From positions 76,012,001 to 76,076,000 of the forward strand of contig OZ241828.1 of assembly GCA_965202585.1 (NCBI GenBank): a DNA stretch of 64,000 nucleotides, read 5' to 3'. The position numbers and the translations under genes are program-made. This document shows, in pieces, positions 11,580-24,634 of the stretch (position 1 is the first letter of the stretch; the number at the start of each line of letters is the position of its first letter). This stretch comes from Thalia democratica (lineage: Eukaryota). The notes below the pieces were generated by a model. It saw only the letters and a list, made by a program, of their open reading frames with translations, had not been told where the DNA came from and ran no database searches.

Positions 11580-14500
11580 TTTGTTGTTTGATGAGGGTAT
11601 TAGCAACAAAAAAATTAAAAATTTATTATAAGTTATTTAATAAATAGGTATTTAACGGTAAAGTGTTATTATTCGAAGAAAAGAAAATCAACAAACATTG
11701 AACAAATATTTAAAATTATTAAAAATGGTAGCTTTAGGTGGTAAACACCACAAGATTTTTTAAAACGTTTTTTTTTAATATAACACATCTAACTTTTTCT
11801 ATTTAAGCAACATAAAAAAGAACAAAATACCGTACAAAAAGTTGAAAAATTATGTTCAGGTTAATCTTAATATTTTTTGGTACAATATTATTTTCAAAAT
11901 AAAGTATGATTTTTATAAAAATATACAACTAGACTAATCTATAAAACTAGTATTGAATATTTAACTAGCTTTGCTTAAATCTTTCTCAACAAATTAAAAA
12001 AATATTGTTTTCTCAGTCTTGCTTATGTTTTTTTATAACATTATAAAGCTTAACTTTTAAACAGAAGTTTGCTCACAACGTGTTCAGAAAACAGCTAAGC
12101 TTATTAACAATTTTTAAACTAGTTGTTTCAATCACAAAAAGTGTGTAAACTGAAAATATCATGTATAAGTATAATAAGTTTGTTAACTAATGTTTTATCC
12201 TAAAAAAAATTATCTGTCACATAAAAAATAAGGTTTCTAAGTTTAAAAACAACGTTTTTCAACTACAAACATTTGTTTACATTTACAGCTTTTATATATT
12301 TTGCGATATTTGTATTCTGACCATGATAGTTCTGATCTACAATAATACTTAACTTTATCTTTTGTTTTAAACGGTCGATAAAAACAGAATAACATAAAGT
12401 TATTCATTTATAAAAGCACTAACACTCGACTAATGTTTGCTCAACCAAGTCTATAACGGCAATGTTTTACTAAATCAGTGTTTCTTTTGGTTAATGTATA
12501 ACTAAGTTGTGTAAAAATAAAACTTGTGGTTTGATAAAGTGAAGTTGATAAATATTGTTTAAGCTGTTTAAACTTTTATTTGTTGAAAGTTTTACAGTAA
12601 CATCAAGTTTGAATAATTAAAACAGTTCTATTTTGTGTTGTTGTCCGTCATTTCTTTATAAATTTTAATTAATCTTAGTTTTCTGGCTTTCTACAAAACA
12701 TGAAAAATAATTAAGTAAAGTTTTATGTATGTTCTTAAAACCCTAAAATAAGCGAAGTAACAATTATATTACAAAGTTTTCTGTTTTAAAATTTCTGTAC
12801 AGTCTATTAAACTTGATATATATTGAAAATCTTCTAAAATTTTTACAGGTTTTACCAAACTTTAATCGGAAAAAATAATTAATAACAAAAATGAATATTA
12901 CAAACCCACCTTTCTCTTACTAAGATTAGTTTAGTAGTTAATACAGCTGTCGGATAAACACGGCCCTCAGACCAAACAAAGCCTAAGGCGTGTTTGTAAG
13001 CTGTTAATATTAAATTTAGTAGAATTAACTTCATTTTTTGTTTTAAATAAAGTTTTCAACTATTTGTTTTTGATTGTGAGTAAACTATGCTGTTTATTCC
13101 ATGTATACTTCTTTATCAAGTAAAATTTTTTCTAAATATTGTTGCCTGCGAAGCGGTTTTCAGGGCATGTTAATTTAACTTTTGTCAAAACAAAAATGTT
13201 TATTGTTGGACTGTAAATAAACTGCAGGTTAAAATTTAAACGACATACAAATTAAGCAAAACTCTATTAAAACAGATAACAGATAATAAATGCATTTTTT
13301 GAAAATATTCATGCATTGATAAAAAGTAAGAATTTCAATGCAATACATATAAAATAAAAAGAAAAGTTTAAAATTCACTCATTTGTTTTTTGTGTGCATC
13401 AAAAACTTTTTTATTCTTAAAAATACTTGCATTTAAACTTAAATGCGGAACAACTTTTAAAACATTTTAAAAATCTTTATGAGTTTATAGTATACAAATA
13501 ACCTAACCCTTTAAAATATTAATTAATACAATATCATTTCATAAATATCCGATACATGTCAACCTAGATTACACAAGCGCAGAATATTTTAGATTCTGTT
13601 CTAACCTGTATCAAACTAAGTAGGCTGTAAGTTTTACGCTTCGATTTTATAATAATTTCTCGCTGAAACATTACGTAATAGCCAAGTTTGTAACTCATAA
13701 CCTTGTACACATATTTATGATCCCAGTTAAATATGTAGTAGCCAGTTTTATGGTTAAAACTTAAGCTAGTACTTGAAATATAAATTTAAAGCAAGTATGT
13801 AGCTTGGTCAAACCCAAGCTTTTATAAATCAGCCGAAACAAATCTACGAAATTAATTTCGCAAAGCTTGCATACTACCAGTAATTGTTTATTTACGATTT
13901 TTATAAAAATAAGTAATAAATATGTGTGAATATCAGAAATTTTTTTATTTACACATAATTGTAATAAAAATAAGAGCTAAGAATCTATACAAAATGTGTT
14001 TTAATATAGCATAATATTAATATAAACTAGTTTTAAGCTATTAATTTACATATCTTTTTTTTTTTATGGTAGAACAGAAATTAAACTATTACAGTTTTAA
14101 GCTTATGTTAAAACTTCTTGTTTTCTTGTTATTTTACTTAATATTTTATTTATATTTTATAAAAATAAAGTGAAGTTAAATGTCAATACTGCAGTAAGCA
14201 GGTTTTTAAAAATAAGAAGTCAAGTTTGAAAACCCAAGGCCTTATTAACAGGCCAAAAATTGTTTTACAAAAGTTCTAAAAATAAAAACTTATTTCCTTT
14301 TTTAATATATCAAACTAACAAAACTTTATAAATCAAATAAAAACTAGTTTGTAGTTTCATATTAGGCCTTTTCTTAAAATAAACAAAAAATTCTAAAAAA
14401 TCCTTTTTTTGTGTGTAAGTATGTAAGATTTTTAATATGCGATAAAAAACACATAATTGTAAGAAAATGACAGCTAAACTCAAGAGTAACAAAATTGCAC

Positions 14501-16054
14501 AGAAAGTATACAGCAAGTTAAAATACAGAAGGTTCAAAATAAAGTATTTCAGTCAGTTAACACTTAAGTATATAAAGTAATAACTAATGCAAATTGAACG
14601 AAAAAAAAAAAGCATTTTAAAGAACTTTAGAATACTTAAGAATACTTAACTTAGAATTTACGTTTATAAAAGTCTTTGATTACTTTTTTCTTTAATACTT
14701 TTTAAAACTAAAGGTTAACAACTGGTATTACTTAAAAAATAAAAATTCTTTATAATTTAGTTTTATAAAGTAAATATCTTTTGTATCATTTTTGTTTTCC
14801 TTCTTACTTTAATTTTATAATTGCTCAGCTCTCGTCGATTCTAAACTTTGGTACAAGTTTTACAAAACCAAAACTGGATTTTTACAAAAATTCTTCGTGC
14901 TCTTTTCTAATAGTCAATCTGTTTACATATTTTGTTAGAAATAAGACCAAACAGATTGGATATGATTTTCAGTCTATAGTTTGAAGACTTTTGTTTTTTT
15001 CAAACTGGCATTAGATATAACTCATGGCTAGTTTTTTGGTCACTCTTTTAAAGATATAACTTATGGCTGGCTTTTTAGCTTCACACAGTGGCAAGCCATG
15101 ACTATCTTTTGTTTCAAATTACATTAATGAGCTAACCATGCAATCTGTTTTACCTGGAGAACCTCTGAATTTGAACACATAGAAAAAACAACCTTGAATT
15201 TGAAACTTCTTAAAAAAAAATTAAAAATTAAACTTTTTTTTTTAATTAAAAAATAAAACAGTAATTGAATTTTTACCTTCCACTATTTGATCTTAGTTGC
15301 TGATTTTTACTAATAAATAAATATTGTACCATACCAATTAGCTTTGTATAAATTTTATTTGAAGTTTTCAATAAACCTAAAGCTTTTAGTTTTATTTTCT
15401 AAACTATATATGAGTACCAAAATAAGTACTAGCAATAAAATAACAAATTCAGAATATTTAGATCAGGGTTGCCAAAAAACATGGAATTTGACAAGTTAGA
15501 CTAAAGAAACTGAAACAACCTGGAATCCTAAAAAGTTTATACATCCTAAGTAGTAAAATTTTATTTGACATAAATAATCTATCTTGTTGATGTTGTCATA
15601 TATATATTTTTTAAATACATTAATAGAAACTTTGATTTCCCTGAGAAGATTCTCTAAAAACATTTGGTTACCCAGTTAGATTAATGAAATGTTATATCAA
15701 TATCAGATATAAAATATACTGTTAGCCAATATTTAGCCACAGGACCATTTCAGGACTTTATATGGTTGAATTCTCATGGTGATTTGAATTAAAATGTTTG
15801 CATAATGTGATGATGTTAAAGCTGTGTATGGTACACAGTAAGACCTATTAGTTGCTGAACAGGCTAGTTTTAGATAATTCAAATTTTCAAAATTAGGTCA
15901 CTATGTATTAGGCTGTAGAGTTATAAGAAACTTTTATACAAGTTATCTTTATAAAAAGATATTAAAAGCAGCAGCTTTTTATTAATAAAATAAATAAGTC
16001 ATTCACAATTTAAATTACAGGGTTGCCACACACTGAGGGAACTCAGGAAATCTC
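11580..16054 (+). repeat. Upstream flank of copy A, duplicated at 58849-63542 (partial, more diverged versions upstream of B and C)
   Basis: Colinear sequence; ends inside a truncated hAT-like MITE at ~16054. Confidence 0.92.
16018..16054 (+). mobile_element. Left end only of the same MITE, truncated at a rearrangement breakpoint
   Basis: CAGGGTTGCCACACACTGAGGGAACTCAGGAAATCTC, then a switch to unit-B downstream DNA. Confidence 0.75.
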
Positions 16055-17660
16055 TTTCAGAACTTTCAGAAAATTCAAAAAATTTCCATTATTAAACATA
16101 AACATTTTTGTGTGATTAGTAAATATTTAACCTTTCACGCTGAAATTAATTTTAATTAAAAAGATTTTATAAAATCTGCTATCTAGTTCATTATTATGAC
16201 ATATTATTACTACTAAAGCTCAAACTTTGTTCAAAACTAGTTTAGTTATCGAAAACTTTGAATACAAAGAAACTTAATTTTTAATTGTTTTTATTAACAA
16301 TGCTATTCGAAATATGACTTAAAACTTAAGTATTTAATATAACTCAAGTATTTTTGAAAGTTGATTCAATTTGAGGTTTTTTTAAGAAATAATTTTCTTT
16401 ATTATCTGATCTAATTCTTAGTTCAAGCTTTATTGTAATAGCTGTTATTTCAAAAACTTTTTGTTTAGATGAGGTGCATGACATTTTTTTATTTGCAAGT
16501 TGTATAAGTTTGACACACTTAACATACAAGGTTTTTAAAATGATCAAGACATCAAAAAAACGAGTTGCACTAACTATTAAAATAAACTTGATATTCGTAA
16601 AACGTTAAAAACAATGTGCCAAAGTCTTTTATAATGGAGCAGTTTAGCATAGAGAGGTCGACTTTGTACAAAGTTTGAAAAAAAAGAAAATTTAAAAAAC
16701 TTTAACAAAGAAATTGATGAGCTGAGCTTTCATTATTTATTATGCATTCATAATATACAGAGATTAAAACTTTTTAAGACAAAAACAATTTTTGTTTACT
16801 TATTCCGAAAAATGCTTATCCAAACATGTTTACAAAAAATCTTGCCCAATAAGTCCGGAAAAATGAATAAGCACTGACTTAAGATTTACAATATTTCTAT
16901 TTTTACTCAGCAGTAAATATTAGCTAAAATTAACCGTTTTTAATGAATTTTGAACTGCTTTCAGGGTGAAAACAAGCTTTAAAAGATTAGCGGTTTTTTA
17001 AAGTTATAAGAATTTAAATAACCACAATCAGTTATTTTGTATACGGGTCTTAATTTACAGCAATTAACTTTTTGTAAAACCGCTAATCTGTTCTGTGAAA
17101 CCACTTTAAGTTTCGTTAGAGTTTAAAAATGTATATACAAAACAAAATTAATCGTTCTTAATAGCTAAAAGTCTTTTAATTTAATTAAGTTTGTTTTATC
17201 CGTAGTAGTTTTTTTTCAATATTTTTTGCCTTTTCACGCAATTGCTCACCAAACTGCATATAAAATAATGAGCTTCGTTGTTTTTCAAAGAAGATAATTT
17301 ATAAATAGTTCTTTAACTCGTTAGTTAAACTTACAACACCAAACTGACTTGTACACTATGTCTTTAGATTATTAAAAACAAACTTAGCATCTACATAAAG
17401 CTCTATAAAATAATATTTCAAAAAAACTATTCGAGTTAATTTGATTCAGTAAGTTTGTATCATATTACATAAAAAACAACTAGTTGAGTAAATACATTTA
17501 TTTTTTATCTACAACATGTCGTTTTCGAACAACAATAAAAACAGTAAAAAATACTCAAAACTAAAAGTAAAAAAGTAACAATCTCTAAAATAAAACTTTT
17601 AAATATTATTACTTGGGAATAGCAATCTATATGTTAATTATTTAAATTAAACACGTAGAA

Positions 17661-17842
17661 TTAAAAGCACTCAAGGGGTCCTAGTTCGTACCACCCATTC
17701 TCCCCACTTCCTCCAGTGTCGCCGAAGCGCAAGTAACCAACCGGTAATGAGCTCTTATGCTCCAAATAACCCTCGTCAGAAGTGATGACGTCATTTGAAT
17801 TCTGGTCGCAGTTACACTTCTGTTTCTTGTCCACACAAGTTC
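17661..17842 (-). CDS. Copy B exon 5, terminal (GTCVDKKQKCNCDQN...YELGPLECF*)
   Basis: Acceptor aaaacAG|GA; TAA at 17661-17663. Confidence 0.88.
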
Positions 17843-20309
17843 CTGTTTTTTGAAGTATCAGTTTCTAAATGTTCCTTAGAATTGTAAAGTACCTTTCCAA
17901 CATTCGTTTCAAATATAGTATATGTAATGAAGAAAGTTACTGAAGTTAAAAAACTTTAACAATAAAAACATATAGTACAAACAGCTGATACTCTCAGCAA
18001 TGTGTGATATCTTTTAAAAAATAATATTTTCTTTTATTTACGCTAATACATAATTTTACCAATTACTCCACCTTTTAAATGTATTTTTTATTTTTAACTT
18101 CATACCAAACTCACTGCTATAGTTTTTTTATTTAAAACGTAAATAACTTTTTATACCAATCAAGCATGTTGGTCCAACAAAACCAATACAAATTCCTACC
18201 GGTCATTCCACATGCACAGTGGTGTGATTTAGTAGCTCCGCCCCAATAATTCTGCCTGGTACCGTCCTGAGACGCCCAATAACCGTATTGATCGTCCGAT
18301 TTCAACAAGATGGAGCCCTTGCATCTATACTGTTTATTTTATTTCAATTCAATGAACAACTAGTATGAAAACTATTTGAAAACACTTTCTGAGAAAAGCT
18401 TCTAGTTGAAAAATTGTTTTAATGTTAATAAGTGTCTTGCAACTGGTCAACAGAATTCAGTTACTGCCCAGAAACTAAATTTAAATCATTACTTCAAACA
18501 GTTTTTACAAGCTTTAATTTTAAGGTATATATTAAAAACATAAACTAATTGTATGTTTACTAAAATAATAAAACAATTATTCCGCCTAGTCTGCATATAT
18601 TTTTATTTTATTTTTATAACTATTTGAAGTCTAAGAATAGCTGAATTAAAGCTACTAAGCAAAAATTTTATGGAATCTTTTTTTTTCCAACAGAAGTTGT
18701 TTTAAATTTTGTTATTCTAGAATTACAATTACTTTTATAAACTGCCTGCAGTACAAATGAGCATCTATGATCTCCCTGATGTAACTCGATGGTAATTCAT
18801 ACTCAACTAGCTTTCCATATGAAAGATGAGGATCGAATCCTTTTATGTTCACTTCATCAGGAGTGTCGTGTCTTATTGTGGTGATTGCTGTTCGAAGTTA
18901 ATATAAAGTTGTCAAATAACAATAATTTGTTTTATAATGTTAGCTTTTGACATTCGTTTTAACTTTATTTAATTCTTCTATATGCAACTTTTGGACAACT
19001 TATTCTAATCTTTATTTTTACTGATGATAACTGTTTCAAGCTCAAAACAAGTAATAAAAGTAAACATTTTAAAAACCTACAAAATTTTTTTAGAAATTAT
19101 TAAGGTAATTTACCACACTTATCAACATCAATAAGCAAGACTAAAAAAAGTTATCAAAATAATTATAAAATTTTAAATAAAAAAAAAGTGTAAAGTTTTA
19201 TATACGTTCACATACAACATTTAAAAAAATTGAGACAACTATAACAGTTTTGATAAAATATACTCTAATATAAAAGTTAAACATTAGAAAAGCGTATTAA
19301 CAACATAAAAGATATAATTCAATAAAAGAAATGCTCGTTAACACCGTTTACTGTTTTGTAAATTTTTGAGCATAACGTTCACATACAACATTTAAAGAAC
19401 GTTAAGACAACTATAAAACTTTTGACAAAATATACTCTAATATAAAAGTTAAACATTAGAAAAAATCACTGACAACATAAATAATTATAATTCATTAAAA
19501 GACGATAACACCGTTTACTGTTTTGTTAATTTTTGAATCAACCAACCAGTGTTTCCGGTGACGTTGCAAAACACTGTGACGTAATAGTGACCGGACGGGT
19601 TCAAAGTGTACATACCAGAAACGACATCCGGGTTGAACACCCTCATCTCGCTGCACGTCCTGTAAAACCTCCTCTCAACGTTTTCCCGCTTCAGCTTCGC
19701 GTTCTCAGCCTTCAGCTCGTCCAAGTCCCGTTGCATCTTGTTCATCTTGACCTCCGAAGCCCGAAAAACCTCTACAAACTGCCGGGAGATGTTCAGCAGG
19801 ACCCGGTTGTTCTCTATTATTTTCCTCTCCGCTTCCAACGGTACCCTTCCAACGTCTCCCTAAAATTTCATCTAGTTTAACTTTGAGTTTTTAATAGTTT
19901 TTTATTTTATTTTATACTATAATTTATATAGTTAGATGCTTTAACTATTATTTAATTGGATTTAACAGTTATTTTATTTAAAAAAAATTTATTTACTATT
20001 TCGGTTTATAATGCTGTCTTTTATTTTCTTTTTAATTTTTAGTTTATAATGTTTTTCTTTCATTTTATTTTACTTTCTTAATTTTTACTTATTTTTACGT
20101 TTAATTTCAATTATTTTCACCTTGCTCCCCTTAGGCCCGGCACTTCCAGCAGGTCCGTGCTTCCCGGGAAGTCCCGGAGGTCCTGCGGTGTTTTCCCTCT
20201 GTTGAAACTCCGATCCTTGCAAGTTTATGTTCAAGCTTGGACAATCGCTCTCCTGAGCGTTGAACAAATGGAACAGTGACGTAATAGTCAAACACAAAAT
20301 TAACTTCAT
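17661..20309 (-). CDS. Copy B, intact 322-aa secreted collagen/coiled-coil/Caspr-type fibrinogen-like protein (ficolin/collectin-like architecture); join(20121-20309, 19547-19859, 18733-18887, 18200-18329, 17661-17842)
   Basis: All four introns are GT-AG with compatible phases 0,1,0,1. Exons 189+313+155+130+182 = 969 nt, open to TAA. Translation: signal MKLILCLTITSLFHLFNA, (GXY)9 GPPGLPGKHGPAGSAGPKGSKGDVGRV, heptad neck, RTCSEMR..SGMYTLNPSG..VFCNVT, HDTPDEVNIKG..YCRQFIK YRCKGS..YWGGA..CACG..KCNCDQN..SDEGYL..LPVGYLRFGDTG..ELGPLECF, which matches the Caspr/neurexin-IV fibrinogen-like domain pattern from recall. Confidence 0.88.
18200..18329 (-). CDS. Copy B exon 4 (YRCKGSILLKSDDQYGYWASQDGTRQNYWGGATKSHHCACGMT)
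   Basis: Acceptor aaacAG|TAT, donor ACCG|GTAGGA. Confidence 0.88.
18733..18887 (-). CDS. Copy B exon 3 (AITTIRHDTPDEVNIKGFDPHLSYGKLVEYELPSSYIREIIDAHLYCRQFIK)
   Basis: Acceptor aacAG|CA, donor AAA|GTAATT; open frame missed by the ORF track. Confidence 0.88.
19547..19859 (-). CDS. Copy B exon 2 (end of collagen, coiled coil, start of fibrinogen-like domain)
   Basis: Acceptor ttttAG|GGAGAC continues the GXY register; donor ACTG|GTTGGT, phase 1. Confidence 0.9.
20121..20309 (-). CDS. Copy B exon 1 (signal peptide, Cys, first 7 GXY triplets)
   Basis: ATG at 20309; donor AAG|GTGAAA at 20120; 63 codons, phase 0. Confidence 0.9.
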
Positions 20310-20319
20310 TTTTGTTGTT

Positions 20320-20345
20320 TGATGAGGGTATTAGCTACAAAAAAA
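20320..20345 (-). promoter_or_regulatory. Splice-acceptor-like site 25 nt upstream of the copy B ATG (5'-UTR intron or trans-splice acceptor)
   Basis: TTTTTTGTAG|CTAATAC, preceded by ~125 nt without AG; conserved in B, C (32857), D (56797) and E (58874). Confidence 0.45.
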
Positions 20346-22534
20346 TTAAAAATTTATTATAAGTTATTTAATAAATAGGTATTTAATGTTAAAGAGTTAT
20401 TATTCGAAGAAAAGAAAATCAACAAACATTGAACAAATATTTAAAATTATTAAAAATGGTAGCTTTAGGTGGTAAACACCACAAGATTTTTTAAAACGTT
20501 TTTTTTTTAATATAACACATCTAACTTTTTCTATTTAAGCAACATAAAAAAGAACAAAATACCGTACAAAAAGTTGAAAAATTATGTTCAGGTTAATCTT
20601 AATATTTTTTGGTACAATATTATTTCCAAAATAAAGTATGATTTTTATAAAAATATACAACTAGATTAATCTATAAAACTAGTATTGAATGTTTAACTAG
20701 CTTTGCTTAAATCTTTCTCAACAAATTAAAAAATATTGTTTTCTCAGTCTTGCTTATGTTTTTTTTATAACATTATAAAGCTTAACTTTTAAACAGAAGT
20801 TTGCTCACAACGTGTTCAGAAAACAGCTAAGCTTATTAACAATTTTTAAACTAGTTGTTTCAATCACAAAAAGTGTGTAAACTGAAAATATCATGTATAA
20901 GTATAATAAGTTTGTTAACTAATGTTTTATCCTAAAAAAAATTATCTGTCACATAAAAAATAAGGTTTCTAAGTTTAAAAACAACGTTTTTCAACTACAA
21001 ACATTTGTTTACATTTACAGCTTTTATATATTTTGCGATATTTGTATTCTGACCATGATAGTTCTGATCTACAATAATACTTAACTTTATCTTTTGTTTT
21101 AAACGGTCGATAAAAACAGAATAACATAAAGTTATTCATTTATAAAAGCACTAACACTCGACTAATGTTTGCTCAACCAAGTCTATAACGGCAATGTTTT
21201 ACTAAATCAGTGTTTCTTTTGGTTAATGTATAACTAAGTTGTGTAAAAATAAAACTTGTGGTTTGATAAAGTGAAGTTGATAAATGTTGTTTAAGCTGTT
21301 TAAACTTTTATTTGTTGAAAGTTTTACAGTAACATCAAGTTTGAATAAATAAAACAGTTCTATTTTGTGTTGTTGTCCGTCATTTCTTTATAAATTTTAA
21401 TTAATCTTAGTTTTCTGGCTTTCTACAAAACATGAAAAATAATTAAGTAAAGTTTTATGTATGTTCTTAAAACCCTAAAATAAGCGAAGTAACAATAATA
21501 TTACAAAGTTTTTTGTTTTAAAATTTCTGTACAGTCTATTAAACTTGATATACATTGAAAATATTCTAAAATTTTTACAGGTTTTACCAAACTTTGATCG
21601 GAAAAAATAATTAATAACAAAAATGAATATTACAAACCCACCTTTCTCTTACTAAGATTAGTTTAGTAGTTAATACAGCTGTCGGAAAAATACGGCCCTC
21701 AGACCAAATAAAGCCCAGGGCCTGTTTATTAGCTCTTGATATTAAATTAAGTAGAATTAACTTCATCTTTTGTTTTAAATAAAGTTTTCAACTATTTGTT
21801 TTTGATTGTGAGTAAACTATGCTGTTTATTCCATGTATACTTCTTTATCAAGTAAAATTTTTCCTAAATATTGTTGCCTGCGAAGCGGTTTTCAGGGCAT
21901 GTTAATTTAACTTTTGTTAAAACAAAAATGTTTATTGTTTGACTGTAAATAAACTGCAGGTTAAAATTTAAACGACATACAAATTAAGCAAAACTCTATT
22001 GAAACAGATAACAGATAAATGCATTTTTTGAAAATATTCATGCATTGATAAAAAGTAAGAATTTCAATGCATCAATATGTATTTTAAACTACTTTGCAAA
22101 ACATGACACTACAAAATAAAAACCAATGCATCTTCAAACAATACTTAAGCTTACGTTATTAAAAAGCTAAAACTATTTTATACTGACCTAGTGAGTCAAA
22201 CTTATTTTATGAATTTTAAATTTTAACTACATTTTATTTTAGTATTTGTCTTATATTAAATTCCAGACAGAAGAAAATATTTAAATAACATAATATTAAT
22301 TTATCTATATACTATAATAATATAGTTTATTGTTTTCTTACTATAACTTTTATAATTGTTTTTTTTTTCTTTCTATAAATATTTGACATTAAGTAAAAGT
22401 TTTAAATAAAAATAAAATTTTTGTAAATTCTTTTAAGAGGTTCTCCGAAATTGATAAGTAAAAAGATAAGGCTTATAAATTATGAGAATATATAAATTCA
22501 TCATTATTAAGCAACCAACAATATTTACATTATT

Positions 22535-22958
22535 CAGGGTTGCCACTCTTTAAGTCAAAAAAGTGAGTGACCAAAAACTTCCCTGACTGACCTTAAACTA
22601 ATCTTACCTAATAATAGTAGACTAAATCTAATTTAAATTCTTAGTAAAAAATTAAATAAAATTTTACAATAAATAAAATTAAGTTATGTAACAACATTGG
22701 TAATAAAATAACTAAATTTCAGTATTAAAGTACTGAAACTAAATCAAGTAAGTTTTATTTAAAACCTATAAAAATCTAGCCTTGGACTTTAAAAAGTTTT
22801 AACATTACCCTGAAATATTTATTAAAAATTTAAACTACCCATAATCACCCTAAGTTATAAAATAAAGTTTCCCTGAATCTCCCTGAGTCTCTCAGAGGCT
22901 TACTAAAGTTAAAAATACCCTGTGTTTCCCTGAGTATCCTGAGTGTGTGGCAACCCTT
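22535..22958 (-). mobile_element. Older, diverged copy of the CAGGGTTGCCAC MITE in opposite orientation
   Basis: CAGGGTTGCCACTCTTTAAG at 22535 and GTGTGTGGCAACCCT at ~22944-22957; internal TTCCCTGA motifs; ~424 bp. Confidence 0.7.
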
Positions 22959-24634
22959 GATTTTTGGAATTAATAAAATTTAAAAAACAAACTATTTAAA
23001 GGTATATGGTTTTCCTAAGCTAGACCCCCACACTTAAAAACAGTATAACATTAGCCATATAGTTTATTAAAAGCTTTTTTCTTCAAATATAAATAACAAT
23101 TAAAGATATCCAAATTACGCTAGAGAGAATGAAATAACTGCAGTTACTTTAAGATTTTGTTTTCATAAAAATCTTTCACTCAAAAAAAATAGAACGTCAA
23201 GTACAATTAAATATTTTACTTTTTAAACTTAATTAAGATTTTATTGCTTACATTTTTTTTCTTTAGAACATTGTTTTGAAAATAAAATGTTAGAAGTTGT
23301 AACACGTATGTCATATATTAAAATTGTCAGTTAAATAAATAATAAAATATGAACCTAAAAACATATAGCTAAAAGTTTACAAGCTTCTGTTTTTAAGTTT
23401 CATATTCAAGTTGTTTTTTTTGGTTGTATTTTTAGTTGAACTTTATTAAAAATATCAACAAAAACAATCAGACTTAGAACAGCTAATGCTTTTTACTTTA
23501 ACTAACAGGCTCTTCAAAAAAGACTCAAAAAAATTATTAAAAAAAAGTTATTAGGAAAAAATTAAAATATATAAATCATGTTAATCCTTGTCACAATTCA
23601 TTTATGACACAATTTAATAAATAATAAATAATGTCTAAATAACATCTAAATGGAGATTAAAAACTTATTGACCCAACAAAAAATACTTTGAATAAATGCA
23701 TGGTCTTTGTAAATTAGACCTCCTTACTAAAAACTCCACAAACATTTTCATAAAATAAATGTGATAAGTTTTCAAGATAACATGAAAAGAGATATTTAGA
23801 AAAAAACCTGGTAAGGCCTGAGCTATGCAGATAAGATTTCATTTACCTTGTGTGGTCTGAGGAAAACCTTACTATAACTATTTTAAATAAATCACCTACA
23901 AGTATTTTTATTTTTTTATTCTTATAGGAAAAAAGCCAAAATGTTAATTGAACCAAAATATGTTAACATGAAGATATAAAAAAACTAAACATATGATGAA
24001 TAAGTACGAGCAGTTATCTAATTAGCTAAGATGAAACGCCTGACTGTTTATTTAGTTTTATTTTAGTGTCTAACAAAAATAACTTATTATAGTTTGTATA
24101 CTGTGTGCAAAACTCTATAACTAAGTTAAGAAAACTTATATAAGTGCGAAAAAGGAAACAAAATTATTGTAGAAATCACAATCTTGCTTCTATTGTTTTG
24201 AAAATGAATAAATAACACGCTTTCATTTCACTAGTACTTTTGTTTATTAAAACATTATCAAGCGGTAAACGGCTGAAATTATAAACACACAATTAATAGT
24301 AACTAATTTATAAAGTAAACAAAACTAAAATAAAAGTTAAAAATTAAACTTTTAGACTATATAAATTTGTATAATATTTCATAATAAAAAAACAATTAAT
24401 TATCATACAAAATTTTACAACTAAGATCTTACCAACTAACAACTCACAAATGCATACAAGCAAACAAGCCAAAACAGAATGTACAAAAGTGCTCTTTTCC
24501 TGAAAATCTCTAAAATATAAAACTTTCATAAACAGTTTTATTTAAGTTAATTTTTGCATTTAAACTTTTTATTCATAAACTTTCGTTGTAGTCTAAATAC
24601 TTTAATTCAGGTTGTTCTAAAAACATTTTCATAT

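Larger units (their letters stand above)
16065..22071 (+). repeat. Gene unit B, paralogous to unit C (~28738-34640)
   Basis: Flanks and introns are alignable by eye, with more divergence than in the A/D/E blocks. Confidence 0.88.

Noticed and set aside
14781-14984. 67-aa ORF repeated at 39305 and 62265 (similarly 4571/51611 and 1835/48831)
   Set aside because: Recurrence is explained by recent segmental duplication; composition is typical of AT-rich noise.
19515-19838. ORF-track proteins starting MEAERK.. as stand-alone genes
   Set aside because: The start is a TTG inside exon 2; the real frame is entered by splicing at 19859 and left at 19547.
19533-19880. Plus-strand ORFs of 60-146 aa overlapping exons 1-2 (also 11367, 32049, 56152, 58134, 58636)
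   Set aside because: Antisense shadows of the GC-rich minus-strand exons; no independent coding signal.
17661-20309. Annotation as fibrillar collagen, neurexin or Caspr proper
   Set aside because: Only 9 GXY triplets; no laminin-G, discoidin, EGF or transmembrane regions; only one shared domain.
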